Shown piece after piece: positions 29,006-39,219 of a DNA stretch of 64,000 nucleotides. Below the pieces are notes generated by a model. That model did no database searches. It saw only the letters and a program-made list of their open reading frames with translations, and was not told where the DNA came from. A program made the translations under genes and the position numbers. The DNA is from Anaerolineae bacterium (GTDB lineage: Bacteria; Chloroflexota; Anaerolineae; UBA1429), in assembly GCA_963675785.1 (NCBI GenBank), contig OY776562.1:1568001-1632000 (forward strand), read 5' to 3'. Each line of letters begins with the position of its first letter. Within the stretch, counting starts at the first letter, position 1.

Positions 29006-29772
29006 GCTAGTGCCTCCCGCAAGAATTCCAGGTCACGCAGAGCGTTATCAAACATCACGGCGATATGCTCATCGGGCTGGTTGGTGCCAGCGGTGAACTC
29101 TAAAGTGAACGAGCCCTTGAAACCATAATCCAGGAGCAAGTCCAGGGCCTGGCGCACCTCGCCGGGGCGCTCATCCAGACGCAGGCAGTTGCGCTGGTTA
29201 TCGCGAGCCTGCATGTGAGCGTGGATCACCAAGCTGCCAAAGCAATCGAGAAAGCCGCGCATCCGCTCCAAGCCGCCCAAGGGATGCACGACATAGCGGT
29301 AATCCTCCAGGCCCAGCTCCTCAAAGATGGCCAGCGCCTGCTCGGGGTGCTCTGCTGGGGTGCCAGGGTGGCATTCACACCATGCCGCCATACCCTCTGG
29401 CAAGGCAGCGCGCCAGGCGGTTACAGCCTCCGCCTCAATGAGCGAGAGAGTCTCGCCGCGATTGAAATTCCACTTGATGGCCGCAGCCCCCAAACGTTGG
29501 GCCAACTGGGTAGCGCGGGGCGGGGTGCCGCTGTCATCGGCAAAGGTGCAATAGCTGTTGAGCACCGTGATGGGCACTGGAGAGGCCTCCAGTGCAGCCA
29601 ATTCGACCTCATCAGCCAAGGCGGCGTGGTTCTCCCACAACTCGATGCCGTCGAATCCGGCGGCGGCGATGCGCGGCAGCCAATCGCTCACCTTGAATGT
29701 GGGCAAGTGCCCCGGCTTGTGGCGATTTCGCTCCAACAGAATGGTGCCCAAATAGATGGGATGGGCGTTCAT
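29002..29772 (-). CDS. sugar phosphate isomerase/epimerase (TIM barrel)
   Basis: GFDGIELW, ECHPGT, HAHMQ, TLEF. Confidence 0.82.
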   Translation of the reverse strand: MNAHPIYLGTILLERNRHKPGHLPTFKVSDWLPRIAAAGFDGIELWENHAALADEVELAALEASPVPITVLNSYCTFADDSGTPPRATQLAQRLGAAAIKWNFNRGETLSLIEAEAVTAWRAALPEGMAAWCECHPGTPAEHPEQALAIFEELGLEDYRYVVHPLGGLERMRGFLDCFGSLVIHAHMQARDNQRNCLRLDERPGEVRQALDLLLDYGFKGSFTLEFTAGTNQPDEHIAVMFDNALRDLEFLREALA

Positions 29773-29776
29773 CGTC

Positions 29777-30685
29777 CTACTCCCTTTCGATCAGCCCCAG
29801 TATCCAGGGCAGATCGACATAGTCCTCGGTTTGTTGCTCGCGCAATAGCCCCTGAATGAGCCAGCGCGGATGAGTGTCGTCATATTCCATGTGCTGGTCG
29901 CAGCCCAGACGCAAAGCCTCGCCATGGCTGACCTCACGCGTCCATACGGACACGCCCTCTGGGTAGACCAATTGGCTCCCCACGGCGTAGGCGTCGGTCT
30001 CTTTGCGCCAGGAGCCAGCCAGTTCATCGGCCACTGCCAAACCGAAAGAGCGCTCGCCCGTAGCCGAAGCCCCAGCATTGCACTCGTAAACCATATGGTA
30101 GGCGCCGCTAGACTGGGCCTTGTAGATATGCACAGCCTCGTGGACGCCGGAGTAGGCCACCTGCCAATCGCCCCAACCATTGGGGAAATCCGCCAGACTG
30201 GTGGTGCGGTAGACCACATCGTGGTGGGCGCGGGTGTAGAACAGGTAGACGCGCGTCTCGTCCGCAATCACCCAAAAGTCGATCCATTTGGCGGATTCGT
30301 CTTTGGGCAGCAAGGGACGGAATTCGCTCCAACTGGCGGGATCGGCGATGGTGGCGGTGGTGCAGTAACACGGCATATAGTTGGCATCGCGGTTCTGGAA
30401 GAGCAGGTACCACAAGCCCTGCGGCGCATAATAGAACACCTGCGGTGCACAGCCATAGCGTTCGGCGGTGCTGCGCACCATGGGCAACTCGTGATGCTGA
30501 GCGGTACGCAACCCTTCCAGCGTGGGGGCCGAAGCATAGCCGGTAAGGGTGGCTGACGGGCTGATGGCGGTGTAGAACAGATGCCAGGCGCCCTCGGCAT
30601 AGACGATAGAAGGATCTTTGACGGCGATGCTGTCCCAAGCGGTCTGGGGCGTGAACAGGGGTGCGGATACGGTCCAGCGGGTCAT
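29777..30685 (-). CDS. GH62-like alpha-L-arabinofuranosidase
   Basis: KDPSIV, APQVFYYAPQ..WYL, WIDFWVI, EAVHIYK, SHGE. Confidence 0.8.
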   Translation of the reverse strand: MTRWTVSAPLFTPQTAWDSIAVKDPSIVYAEGAWHLFYTAISPSATLTGYASAPTLEGLRTAQHHELPMVRSTAERYGCAPQVFYYAPQGLWYLLFQNRDANYMPCYCTTATIADPASWSEFRPLLPKDESAKWIDFWVIADETRVYLFYTRAHHDVVYRTTSLADFPNGWGDWQVAYSGVHEAVHIYKAQSSGAYHMVYECNAGASATGERSFGLAVADELAGSWRKETDAYAVGSQLVYPEGVSVWTREVSHGEALRLGCDQHMEYDDTHPRWLIQGLLREQQTEDYVDLPWILGLIERE

Positions 30686-31545
30686 ATGCGCTCCTCGTCG
30701 GTCGGTGCTGAGCCCCCAGGCGCGAGCTGCCCCTGCCAATCGGCGGGGTTGACGTGCCAAAGGGGTTGTTTGCGGGCCATTCGCCTCATAAAGGCCCAGC
30801 CAAAGGGACCAGAGAGGCGGCGGATGACGCGATTGAAAAAGCCGGGGACGGATACGGCTTGGCCACGATGCAAATCGCGCAGCGAGGCCGCCACCAGGTC
30901 TTCGGCGGTCATCCAGGCGAATTTAGGCACCCAGGAAAAGTCTGTGCCTTCTTTTTCCTGGAACTCGGTGGGGACGAACCCCGGGCAAAGGGCCTGCATG
31001 TGCACGCCGGTGCCCTGCAGCTCTAGCGCCACCGACCGCGACCAGGCCAGGATATAGCTTTTGGTGCCAGCATAGCCCACATAGCCGGGCAGAGGCGCAA
31101 AGGCCCCCAGCGAAGAGAGATTGACAATGCCGCCCTCGCCAGCTTGCAGCATGTAGGGCAGCGCCGCACGAGACAAACATACCGGCGCCACCACGTGAAG
31201 GTTGATCATGTTCAGTTCGCAGGTGATGTCGCAAGCGGCAAAAGGCTGCTCGATGCCAAAGCCGGCGGCATTGATGAGATAGGCTAACTTGTCTACGCCA
31301 GCCATGTGTTCGATGAGAGCCTGCACATCATCGGCTTGGGTCAGATCGGCCTGAAAAGCGACCGCCTTGATATCGTAACGTTCCTTCAAATCGGCAGCCA
31401 GGCTCACCAAACGGCCTGTACGCCGAGCTACCAGGGTCACGTTACAGCCTGCGCGGGCCAACTGCCAGGCGAATTCCTGACCAATGCCGCTGGATGCCCC
31501 GGTGATAATGGCGTGCCCTTTGTAGAAACCCTCTTGACGACGCAT
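30682..31545 (-). CDS. short-chain dehydrogenase/reductase
   Basis: TGASSGIG, NAAG, YAGTK. Confidence 0.93.
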   Translation of the reverse strand: MRRQEGFYKGHAIITGASSGIGQEFAWQLARAGCNVTLVARRTGRLVSLAADLKERYDIKAVAFQADLTQADDVQALIEHMAGVDKLAYLINAAGFGIEQPFAACDITCELNMINLHVVAPVCLSRAALPYMLQAGEGGIVNLSSLGAFAPLPGYVGYAGTKSYILAWSRSVALELQGTGVHMQALCPGFVPTEFQEKEGTDFSWVPKFAWMTAEDLVAASLRDLHRGQAVSVPGFFNRVIRRLSGPFGWAFMRRMARKQPLWHVNPADWQGQLAPGGSAPTDEERI

Positions 31546-31565
31546 CAATCAACCTCCAGTTGCTG

Positions 31566-32750
31566 TCAATCGATATCGACGATATCGCCGATTTCGACCA
31601 GATACTGCTGCCGACCCAAGCCCTCGTGGGTGGAATCGATGAGCACATAACGACCATCCGGCGTGCTGCGCGGATGCAGATCGCAACGCCATTCGCCGGT
31701 GTACTCGGGCGGCTCGTAAAAGCTGCCCAGCTCGATGCGTACATCATCCGCCGGGCGGTACAGGTAGAGCACTTGCTCGCGTTCAGCGTTGGGGTAGGCG
31801 TCGTTGAGAATGTATTCGTTGCCCGGCAGATAGGTGCAGTGACCGTTGACGGGCATTTTCTCCAGGCCCACCACCTCGGGCGTGGGGTCGGCCTCATCGG
31901 GGTAGAGGTAAAAAGCATAACCGTGACTGGGGTGGGTGGCCCAAGCCAGAATGTGGTCGGCATCTCGCCAGATGAAATGCGAGGTATCGCCCCAACCATC
32001 CACCACGCGCAAATCGCCACCATCCACACCAACCGTCATCATGCGGGTAGCAAAGGTGGCGCCGGGCACATTCCAGCGATGCAGGAATTCAAAGCGCTGG
32101 CCCGAGGGCGAATAGAGCAAGTGATTGAACCACTGCTTGCGCGTGGAGAGGTCCTCATGAGGATAGGGCGCCGCGGCCGCCGCAGCCAACGAAACTACCA
32201 GCTCACTCTCGCCGGTCTCCAAATCGCCGCGCCAAATGCCCGTCCCGTCGGGATACAGTACCCTGGCGTTGGGATCGGGGATGCCAGCATAGCCGTAACC
32301 GGGTCGGGTATCATTGATGCGGCGAAAGTCGGGATAGACGGCATAGCAGCCATCGGGAGAGAGGCTGTAGATGGGAAAGGGCACGGTGCGGCGCTCGCCA
32401 GTGACGATATCCACGATGTGAGAGACGAAACGCGCCCCCCAGGGACCATCGTCCTGGCGGTCGTTCCAGATGACCTGGGTGGGATGGCCGGGACGCCACT
32501 GTAACATACAGCCCTGCTGCCAGCACCAGGCGCGTGAGCTGCCCAGCTCGATCCAGCGATCGCCGTCCTGCAGATCGATCATACCCACTTGAATAACGTC
32601 ATCGGCGCGAGGCGAGCGCCCCTCGAAATCCACTTGATTAGAGAGAGCATAACGCCCATCGTCCGAAACCTGCTGTTTATCGTAATAGCCAAACCAGTGG
32701 TACAGCGGACCGTTGGTGATGCGGCGCACGGGCACAAAAGAGGTGGTCAT
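31566..32750 (-). CDS. beta-propeller protein (oligogalacturonate lyase/TolB-like)
   Basis: HWFGYYD, WCWQQGCML, RCDLHPR..DSTHEG. Confidence 0.65.
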   Translation of the reverse strand: MTTSFVPVRRITNGPLYHWFGYYDKQQVSDDGRYALSNQVDFEGRSPRADDVIQVGMIDLQDGDRWIELGSSRAWCWQQGCMLQWRPGHPTQVIWNDRQDDGPWGARFVSHIVDIVTGERRTVPFPIYSLSPDGCYAVYPDFRRINDTRPGYGYAGIPDPNARVLYPDGTGIWRGDLETGESELVVSLAAAAAAPYPHEDLSTRKQWFNHLLYSPSGQRFEFLHRWNVPGATFATRMMTVGVDGGDLRVVDGWGDTSHFIWRDADHILAWATHPSHGYAFYLYPDEADPTPEVVGLEKMPVNGHCTYLPGNEYILNDAYPNAEREQVLYLYRPADDVRIELGSFYEPPEYTGEWRCDLHPRSTPDGRYVLIDSTHEGLGRQQYLVEIGDIVDID

Positions 32751-32971
32751 GGCAGCTCCTGGCTAACGTTAGCGTGGCGTAAGTTTACGCCTTGCCCGCA
32801 ACAAGGGCAAGCGCTGGTTTGCTTGATACTGCTCACAACGCATGGTAAACTACTCTCGTCCTCATCCCATACATCGTCTGATGTTATCTGTTAGCCTCTA
32901 ATGTTTTCATGCCGGAACGCGCGCTTTTACCACACCACAGGCAAAGAATCACATCGAGGAGGAAAGCAACG

Positions 32972-33277
32972 ATGATGAGCAGTGAGGCGATGACCGCCCC
33001 GCAGTACGAGCTGGCCGGTAAAGAAGCACGCCTATACAACAAGGTGCTCAAACGCATCGATGACGGCATTCGACCCCTGACGCAGCGCCAAATGTTGATG
33101 TCGGGGCAACTGGTCAAGGTTGAGGTTCCCGAACTCGCCAAGATGAAGGACGACGAGCTGGCGCACGTGGTAGAACACACAACCTGGCGCCTGTTTCAGT
33201 TGAACCGGGAGCTGGTGGTGCTTCCACCCGATCCCAAAGAACCCAAAAAGCGGTATGTTACCGTCCGCAAGATCTGA
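32972..33277 (+). CDS. hypothetical protein
   Basis: GAGGAGG RBS; followed by a terminator. Confidence 0.6.
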   Translation: MMSSEAMTAPQYELAGKEARLYNKVLKRIDDGIRPLTQRQMLMSGQLVKVEVPELAKMKDDELAHVVEHTTWRLFQLNRELVVLPPDPKEPKKRYVTVRKI

Positions 33278-33284
33278 AATCATG

Positions 33285-33320
33285 GAGGCCCTCTCTACGG
33301 AGAGGGTCTCTTGTTTTTTT
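33285..33320 (+). terminator. intrinsic terminator
   Basis: GAGGCCCTCTC-tacg-GAGAGGGTCTC followed by a T tract. Confidence 0.75.
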
Positions 33321-33382
33321 GCGTTGTGTTCGCCTTGCGGCTGTGCTATCCTGTGGTTATGTCAAAAAGGGAGAGCAACGCC

Positions 33383-33745
33383 ATGAAGCCAACAACCATT
33401 GAGGCGTACATCGCTCAGTACGAGGGGCAACCGGCCGCCGCCTGGCTGCGGCGCTTTGCTGATTACATGCAGCACACCTACCCCTACATCCCCGGCGTGA
33501 TCGCTTACCAGGTGCCCCTCTACCGTTTTGGCGGCATCGAAGTGGGCTTTTGGGCCGCCAAGAAGCATTTCAGCTTTCACACCACGGCTTTCGACCTGCT
33601 GGAAGAGCTGAAAGCGCAGCTGCCGCCCAGCGCTACCTACAGCAAGAGCTGCGCCCGCGTGAGCTATGACGACGAGGCGACGATTCCCGTGCTGTTGGCC
33701 ATGATCGACCGTATTGTGGCGGCGTATGGAGGAGGGGAAGCGTGA
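33383..33745 (+). CDS. DUF1801 (YdhG-like) protein
   Basis: TIEAYIA, IAYQVPLY, AAKKHFSF. Confidence 0.78.
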   Translation: MKPTTIEAYIAQYEGQPAAAWLRRFADYMQHTYPYIPGVIAYQVPLYRFGGIEVGFWAAKKHFSFHTTAFDLLEELKAQLPPSATYSKSCARVSYDDEATIPVLLAMIDRIVAAYGGGEA

Positions 33746-34126
33746 AGCTGAAAGAGCTGGAACGAGCTTGCCAGAGATTCTCCGAGATCGAGCCGCTGCC
33801 GGGGCCCTATGAAAAGCTGATGGCCGCGACGGACGGTTGCGTCGATTTGGAGCGCAAGGAACACCGTGAGGCCTTGTTGACTTGGCTGCGTCACTGGGGC
33901 TGATTTCCTAGGGAACCCCATACGCAAAGAACTGGGCCTGGGCAAGGAAGACTATTTTCGGCTGCAAGAGATCGCCCGCAAAGAGCTGCTGGAGTTAGAG
34001 TTGGACTGCGCCATCCAGGGAGTGAGATTGGACGAGCTTTCAGCCCGCTTTAACCGGCCTTGCTCGACGCCAGTAAAGATGGTGGACGAGTACTTTTGGG
34101 TCAGATACACGCGGGGGGTGGAGTGA
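33742..34126 (+). pseudogene. disrupted hypothetical gene
   Basis: GGAGG RBS and GTG start coupled to the upstream stop, stop at 33901 after LLTWLRHWG; a coding-like tail IRKEL..KMVDEYFWVRYTRGVE* continues in another frame with no start of its own. Confidence 0.55.
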
Positions 34127-34195
34127 TAGTATCGTGGCATTAGTGAATTTTTAGAATACCATAAAATGGTATGGGAAAGATGAGTCTCTCAAGAA

Positions 34196-35152
34196 TCATA
34201 AGAATTCATCCTTGCGCCAAAATACCTCTTCTTTGAAAGCTTCGATGTCCTGGGGAGTATGAAATCTGTGAATCATACTATGACAGTTGGAACATAGGAC
34301 CGCGAAATCTTTATCTGGATCCAAAGATACTCTTTTCCCGGCAATTTCAGACAATGGTACAAGATGGTGAGCTTCGATGAATTGAACTCCGATTTCTCCA
34401 TAGAGATGAGAGAAATCAAAACCACATATCTCACAAATATAACCATGTATTCGTTTGACTTCTCTAACCAACCTCTGATTTCGCTCAATACGTTTGTGTA
34501 ATACAAACTTGGTTAGGTCCTCAACCTGTTGAGTGGCTATCTCCGATTCTTCCTCTTCTTGTACCTTGGTTGGCAACGCTTCTTTGTAGGCTAGGAGCTG
34601 ATACATTTGTAACATCAGTTCAAAATCAGCAAGCAGAACCTCATCAGAGGGCAAGGCACTCGTTGGATAGTATTTAGCAATGATGTTCCCTGCTTCATAG
34701 AGGTTTCCAAGCCCGTTTCCCGAACTTGTAGCCAGATAAATATGTTCAGAACCGAAATCTTGGGTATCTTCCAGTTGGAGATAATAATCTTTTGCTTTTA
34801 GCTGTAACACTTCTCGAGTTCCGGCTCTATAATTCCTTTGGATTCGTGTGACTCCCTGATTCAGGCTTAGATACACTCCTTGCATATCTTCACGAAACAG
34901 ATAGCAAGGGTAAAAACCATCTTGAGGAGTGTCAGTCACGAGAATATCGAGTACAGCCACCCAGGGGCATCGAGCCCAATTCCCCTGCCCAGCAGATCCC
35001 TTGACCACATAGCGGGGACCCAATGACGCCTCAATTGAAATATCGTCAGGCAACTTATGTCGAATCAGATCAGCCAATTCATGCCCTTTGAATTGTTCTC
35101 CCTGAGCTTGCATATAGCTGCGGAGAATCATTTTCAAATAATCAGAGAGCAT
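34196..35152 (-). CDS. DUF3578 (McrB-N-like) plus HNH endonuclease, putative type IV restriction enzyme
   Basis: KGSAGQGNWARCPW, YLSLNQG; CEICG..IEAHHLVP..LCSNCHSMIH; visibly AT-richer than flanks. Confidence 0.82.
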   Translation of the reverse strand: MLSDYLKMILRSYMQAQGEQFKGHELADLIRHKLPDDISIEASLGPRYVVKGSAGQGNWARCPWVAVLDILVTDTPQDGFYPCYLFREDMQGVYLSLNQGVTRIQRNYRAGTREVLQLKAKDYYLQLEDTQDFGSEHIYLATSSGNGLGNLYEAGNIIAKYYPTSALPSDEVLLADFELMLQMYQLLAYKEALPTKVQEEEESEIATQQVEDLTKFVLHKRIERNQRLVREVKRIHGYICEICGFDFSHLYGEIGVQFIEAHHLVPLSEIAGKRVSLDPDKDFAVLCSNCHSMIHRFHTPQDIEAFKEEVFWRKDEFL

Positions 35153-35391
35153 GTCAGCCTCCATTCACTAGATGTTTCGTAGGTTAAGCTACGAAACAGA
35201 CTCAATCCATATAGCTATCTAATGTACGTTTAGTCTACTCATGTTGACAGCATAAGTCACTAGCCCATAGCAGAAAGAGCCAAGATTAGTGCAATTTACA
35301 CCAAGAACCGTCCTCTTCTCCCCCCTTTTTGGACGCCTCCGCCTCTACAGGTAAAATACCACTCCTTGCCTGCAAACGGAGAGATGTATTC

Positions 35392-36000
35392 ATGGACTGG
35401 CGACTCTTTCTATCCACCTTTGGCCTGGTACTGGTAGCCGAACTGGGCGACAAAACGCAGCTAGCCGTTATCAGCCAAACCTGCCGCTACCGCAGCCCCT
35501 GGGCGGTGTTCTTGGGCGGCTCACTGGCCCTAGCCATTGTCACGGGGTTGGGCGTACTGGGTGGCAGCCTCATCAACGCCCTGGTGCCCCAACGGGTCAT
35601 CACCATCGCCGCGGCGGTGCTGTTTGCGGTTATGGGCCTGTTGATGTGGCGTGAGGCCAGCAAGAACGACTGCGATGAGGCCGAACTCGACTGCGCCGAA
35701 CTGGCCGCCGATGCGCCGCGCAGCCGCTGGAGTTGGCCGGGGTTCAATTCCACGTTTGGCCTGCTGTTCGTGGCCGAATTGGGGGATAAAACGCAACTGG
35801 CGGTGCTGGGCCTGGCGGGCAACGGCGCCAACCCCTGGATCACCTTTATCGGCGGGTCGCTGGCACTGGCCACCTCTACCGCCCTAGCCGCACTTTGCGG
35901 TCATCACCTGCGGCGCCTCTGCCCCGAACGCACCATCTTGCGGGTTTCGGCGGTGCTCTTTGTGGTGATGGGCGTGCTGATGGGATTCGGCGTCATCTAG
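35392..36000 (+). CDS. TMEM165/GDT1 (UPF0016) Mn2+/Ca2+ transporter
   Basis: Two AELGDKTQL motifs in an internal repeat. Confidence 0.93.
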   Translation: MDWRLFLSTFGLVLVAELGDKTQLAVISQTCRYRSPWAVFLGGSLALAIVTGLGVLGGSLINALVPQRVITIAAAVLFAVMGLLMWREASKNDCDEAELDCAELAADAPRSRWSWPGFNSTFGLLFVAELGDKTQLAVLGLAGNGANPWITFIGGSLALATSTALAALCGHHLRRLCPERTILRVSAVLFVVMGVLMGFGVI

Positions 36001-36022
36001 CAGGCCCTACTGTACAGTCAAC

Positions 36023-36053
36023 AAAAAAGCGCCCCCTCAGTGAGGGGGCGCTT
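36023..36053 (-). terminator. intrinsic terminator
   Basis: AAAAAAGCGCCCCCTCA-g-TGAGGGGGCGCTT. Confidence 0.75.
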
Positions 36054-36069
36054 ACACTATCAGTCAATC

Positions 36070-36588
36070 TTAATTCTTGCCATGACCATAGGCGTTGCCA
36101 TCGGGCACGCCGTCACCATCGCATACGCCGTCACTATCACAAATAGCATCGCCGTCACCGGTAACGTGCTCAGGATCCTGCCCGTAGGCATTGCCCAAGC
36201 CGGGAACCTCGGCCTCGCCGCTCTGAATCTGCTGACCCAGCGGCAAGAGAGTTTCATCGTCCTGCTTGGCCTGGCCGTAGGGCACGCCATCGATATGGCC
36301 GTAGGCATTACCCGTGCCAGGTTCGCCATCGGCGTTGCCCAGCATTAGCTGCTCGCCATCGCAATCTTCACAGGTGCCATCTCGCAATTGATCGCGCAGC
36401 TTGATCATATCGCGCACGCGATCCTGAACCTTGAGAGCGTTGGTGAGAGCAGAGGTCTCCTCGCCAGCATAAGCCTGAACCATCGCTTGCACGGCAACGG
36501 GTACCTCAACCTGACTGGCTGCCTGCGGTCCCGCAGAGGTTGCGGTGGCCGTCAACAGCGCCAGGGCCAACATCATGGCTTTGAACAT
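36070..36588 (-). CDS. secreted acidic hypothetical protein with GNAYG repeats
   Basis: Sec signal, AAGGAG RBS, GNAYG three times, Asp/Gly/Cys-rich. Confidence 0.7.
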   Translation of the reverse strand: MFKAMMLALALLTATATSAGPQAASQVEVPVAVQAMVQAYAGEETSALTNALKVQDRVRDMIKLRDQLRDGTCEDCDGEQLMLGNADGEPGTGNAYGHIDGVPYGQAKQDDETLLPLGQQIQSGEAEVPGLGNAYGQDPEHVTGDGDAICDSDGVCDGDGVPDGNAYGHGKN

Positions 36589-36685
36589 GTATTTCTCTCC
36601 TTGCGGATCCCATCAATTGGGCAGTCCACATAACTAGTCTACCATAACGTTGTGGCCATTGGCAATGTTGGGCATAAAAATGGGG

Positions 36686-36949
36686 TCACAAACCACGGGA
36701 ACGGCGTAAATTTTCGATCCGCTGGCCGTTATCGCCCTGTTCAGCGTCATAACTAAAGGCCGTCAACGTATCGCAAGGCATCACCGGGCATTCTACGCAG
36801 GTGCCATAGCCCTTGCCAAGAGCGCAAAGGGCCACCCTACACTCACCCCAAAAGGGGCGGCCATCCGCCAGAGCGCGACACCCGGGGCAATGGGTGCTCT
36901 CGCGGTATTCGCAGGCATCGCAATCCAATCCACAGCGGGCCATATCCAT
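36686..36949 (-). CDS. DUF3795-like Cys-rich small protein
   Basis: CGLDCDAC..CPGC..C...C..CVEC..PC; GAGGAGG RBS. Confidence 0.82.
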   Translation of the reverse strand: MDMARCGLDCDACEYRESTHCPGCRALADGRPFWGECRVALCALGKGYGTCVECPVMPCDTLTAFSYDAEQGDNGQRIENLRRSRGL

Positions 36950-37082
36950 CATACGCCTCCTCAACGTTCTTGCTCCCCATTTTACACAGCAGAACTTTTG
37001 GCGCAAACACGTTGCAGCCGCACGCTGCTGATGGTAGTATGCAAAGGCTCAAAAAGAAGGCAACTGAGGAGAAGCGGATAAC

Positions 37083-38330
37083 ATGGCATTTTGGGGACAA
37101 GAGGCCAGCCAGGCTCAGGGTATTGAGGGTTGGCGAGAATCAGCACGGATGGCGGCGGATTGGCTCGTCGACCGGGCCCAGATCCGTACCGGCAGTCACG
37201 GCTTGACCGAAAGTAACTTTGAACATCTCGATCGTTATGACAACTTACAGGGCGCCTTTCGCGGCGAATACGTTGCGGGCACCGGCAAGTGGGATGTGTT
37301 CTGCCCTGTGTGGCATGGGGGCCAGGCCGTCAAGGCTCTGGCGCTGGCCTATATCGCCCTGGGCGATGAGCGTTACCTGCAGGCCGCCCGTGATGGTGCC
37401 GAGTTCATTCTGCGCGCCCAAATCACGGACGAATCGCATCCCGATTTCGGCCTCATTCGCGCCTATGAGGATTCCAACATCAACACCTCGGCCATTCTGG
37501 AATGCCTGGATGGCCTGTTCAGCCTGACCGAGATCACTGGCGAGACGCGCTATCTCAATGCGGCCGTTCATGCTCTGCAATGGGTGCAAAAGCGCATGTT
37601 CATCCCCATCGAGGGGCTCTTTCGCGATGATTATTCCGAAGAGCGGGGCATTCTGGATCGGGCCAGCTTTATGTCAGCAGAGGTATTCCCCCAGCCGGGG
37701 CGCCCCCTGCTCGACGATGGCGTCTTCCTCAAGGGGTATGAGGCCACTGGCGACGAACACTTGCGCCAAGTGGCCCTGGCTACAGCGCGGCGCCTGCTGC
37801 GTGACGAGCAGCCCGAGGGCAACTGGATCAACTATCCGCCGGCTAACCCGGTGACTGGCTCTATCCATCCGCGCCAGGCCTTTTGGTGGGGTCGGCCCAT
37901 GTGGATGGTGTACGAGGACACCGGCGAGATGCGCTTTCTCGATTGCTGCCGACGTTCGGCGCAGTGGTATGTGCAGGCTATGCGCAGTGACGGCGGGATG
38001 TTTCGCGATACCTATCGCGATTGGCGCACGCCCAGCTTTGGCCAGGCCACCAGCGGCATCGCCTGTGCAGCCATCCTCTGGCACGATCTCATCAGTCGCT
38101 ATGGCGATGAGCAGTGGATCGAACCCCTGCAAAGGGCTCTGGGCTTTTGCCGTTCGATGCAGTTTACCAATGTGACCGACGACAACTTGAGCGGCGCCAT
38201 CCTGGAAAAGGTGCTGCCGCCCAACGGTTCGGACAGTTCGCCTTATTACTTGCGTGATGTAGGCACCACATTCTACCTGCAGGCCCTCTGCATGGTCCTG
38301 CGCGATTCGCCCGATTTATTGAAAGGATAG
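37083..38330 (+). CDS. six-hairpin glycosidase-like (alpha/alpha barrel) hypothetical protein
   Basis: Repeated helical hairpins LGDERYL, TGETRYL, TGDEHL, TGEMRFL. Confidence 0.65.
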   Translation: MAFWGQEASQAQGIEGWRESARMAADWLVDRAQIRTGSHGLTESNFEHLDRYDNLQGAFRGEYVAGTGKWDVFCPVWHGGQAVKALALAYIALGDERYLQAARDGAEFILRAQITDESHPDFGLIRAYEDSNINTSAILECLDGLFSLTEITGETRYLNAAVHALQWVQKRMFIPIEGLFRDDYSEERGILDRASFMSAEVFPQPGRPLLDDGVFLKGYEATGDEHLRQVALATARRLLRDEQPEGNWINYPPANPVTGSIHPRQAFWWGRPMWMVYEDTGEMRFLDCCRRSAQWYVQAMRSDGGMFRDTYRDWRTPSFGQATSGIACAAILWHDLISRYGDEQWIEPLQRALGFCRSMQFTNVTDDNLSGAILEKVLPPNGSDSSPYYLRDVGTTFYLQALCMVLRDSPDLLKG

Positions 38331-38337
38331 GCACATC

Positions 38338-39204
38338 ATGATTCGCAAAAACGACATCAACCTGTGGTCCGATGACTCGACCAAGAACCCCACGGCAGAA
38401 GAAATAGCGCAGGACAAGATACTGCGCGCCAGCGGCGAGCGCGACGAGCGCGGCGTGATGGAGCGCCCCCGCTTGCAGGTGTACATGCCAGAGCAGCCGG
38501 CCGCCGATCCCTGCCCGGCCTTTATCGTCTGCCCAGGCGGTGGGTATACCTTCTTAGCCGACCACGAGTCCGAACCCGTAGCCGAATGGTTCACCAAGCG
38601 CGGATTTGCCGCCCTGGTGCTGCGCTACCACATCGCCCCGGTGGGCTACCCCGCCCCCTTTGCAGATGCGGCCCGTGCCATGCGGCTGGCCCGCGCCAAT
38701 GCCGACGCGCTGGGCATCGATCCCGAACGTCTGGGCATGATCGGCTTTTCCGCCGGCGCGCACCTCACGGCCATGACTGGCTTTAAGCCTGACCTGATTC
38801 AGGATGAAGAGGATGACCTGGCTGAGGATTTCAGCGCCCGCCCCGATCGCATCGTGCTGGCCTATGCGCCCATCAAATCAGTGCACGGCCGCGAGCGTAG
38901 CGCCCACCATTTCGCTGGTGCCAGCAGTCCTGCCGAGATCGAAGCAGCGATGGATGTCATCAGCGGCATCGACAGCAGTGCCCCACCAACGTTCATCTAT
39001 CACACCCAACCCGATGAAAAAGTGCCCGTGGCCAATGCCATGGAGCTAGCCTCGGCTTGCGCCGCCAACGGCGTGCCCTTTGCACTTCACGTTTACCCCA
39101 ACTGCAATCATGGCACCGTCATGGGCCAGCGCTTCCCGGAGGTGGCCAGTTGGGCCGGCCTGCTGGAAGATTGGCTCTCGGATTGGGGTATGGTCAAAGC
39201 CTAG
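38338..39204 (+). CDS. alpha/beta hydrolase, acetyl/feruloyl esterase-like
   Basis: CPGGGY, GFSAGAH, PPTFIYH, HG. Confidence 0.88.
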   Translation: MIRKNDINLWSDDSTKNPTAEEIAQDKILRASGERDERGVMERPRLQVYMPEQPAADPCPAFIVCPGGGYTFLADHESEPVAEWFTKRGFAALVLRYHIAPVGYPAPFADAARAMRLARANADALGIDPERLGMIGFSAGAHLTAMTGFKPDLIQDEEDDLAEDFSARPDRIVLAYAPIKSVHGRERSAHHFAGASSPAEIEAAMDVISGIDSSAPPTFIYHTQPDEKVPVANAMELASACAANGVPFALHVYPNCNHGTVMGQRFPEVASWAGLLEDWLSDWGMVKA

Positions 39205-39219
39205 CAACAGGAGCAAAAC

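Noticed and set aside
35160-35391. yybP-ykoY Mn riboswitch upstream of the GDT1 gene
   Set aside because: Context is plausible, but I could not find the motif's stems or conserved loops; an Rfam scan would settle it.
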